Below are positions 63,527-64,000 of a stretch of 64,000 bases of DNA, one piece after another. The number at the start of each line of letters is the position of its first letter. The stretch's first letter is position 1. This DNA comes from Nemertoderma westbladi. Lineage: Eukaryota; Animalia; Xenacoelomorpha. Position numbers and translations under genes: made by a program. The stretch spans positions 1 through 64,000 of the forward strand of contig JAUCBJ010005507.1 of the NCBI GenBank assembly GCA_032718475.1. The letters run 5' to 3'. The notes under the pieces are model-generated. The model searched no databases. It was not told where the DNA came from and saw nothing but the letters and a program-made list of their open reading frames with translations.

Positions 63527-64000
63527 GTAAATAAAATACAATACTATTTATATCCTCAAGGCAGGGACGGACAGGAAACGATACGATACCGAATCGGATT
63601 TCCGTATTTCGTATCGCAGTATTTTCTTCGTATCGAATTTCGTATCGTATTCGTACCGTATCGGTATAATACGAAGTGCTGTGCGAACAATTATTTTTCG
63701 TATCGTATTTTCGTATCATTCATTTTTTTTATTTTTTATGTTTTTTACAGTAAAACGCCACATCACTTAGTTTTAGTTGTTAACAATTTTTTTTTACCAA
63801 ATTGCTATATAAGATACCGGTAGGTTACAGTCAAGTATATTTGTGTGGAGAACTCTAATGGCGCCTGTAAGACATTGATACTACTACTACTAGGTCGAGC
63901 GAACTCGGACAAAATTGGTACATAATTGGTTTAAGATTTTAATGTAAGGAAATTGGCATGGTGATTGTAAGGACTATTATTAGGTCCCTCATAACTTTGT

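Overview
Eukaryotic (metazoan, probably invertebrate) genomic DNA with spliceosomal GT-AG introns. The left 40 kb holds one large minus-strand gene that I reconstructed by splice-phase matching. Its exons are 39589-37616, 21088-20788, 18314-18028, 16048-15998 (or read-through to 13415), 11753-11633, 8283-7878, 7397-7291 and 7057-6907, plus several alternative first, last and cassette exons. It encodes a low-complexity protein with short repeated motifs resembling those of actin-binding proteins. The most striking pattern is that several unrelated minisatellites (71, 48, ~43 and probably 36 and 39 bp units) are each built from an exon 3' end plus its 5' splice donor, so the donor is repeated 12-70 times. 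The largest intron contains a Foldback-type Mutator (MULE) element with a nested solo LTR. The right part has MITEs, a 6.9-kb G-rich satellite, RTE-like LINE remnants, intronless ZSWIM7 and TMEM161 genes (the latter preceded by a spliced 51-aa ORF ending 1 nt before its ATG), and the first three exons of an EEA1-like gene. Most long ORFs in the supplied track are repeat artefacts. All splice models are predicted by eye without transcript data.
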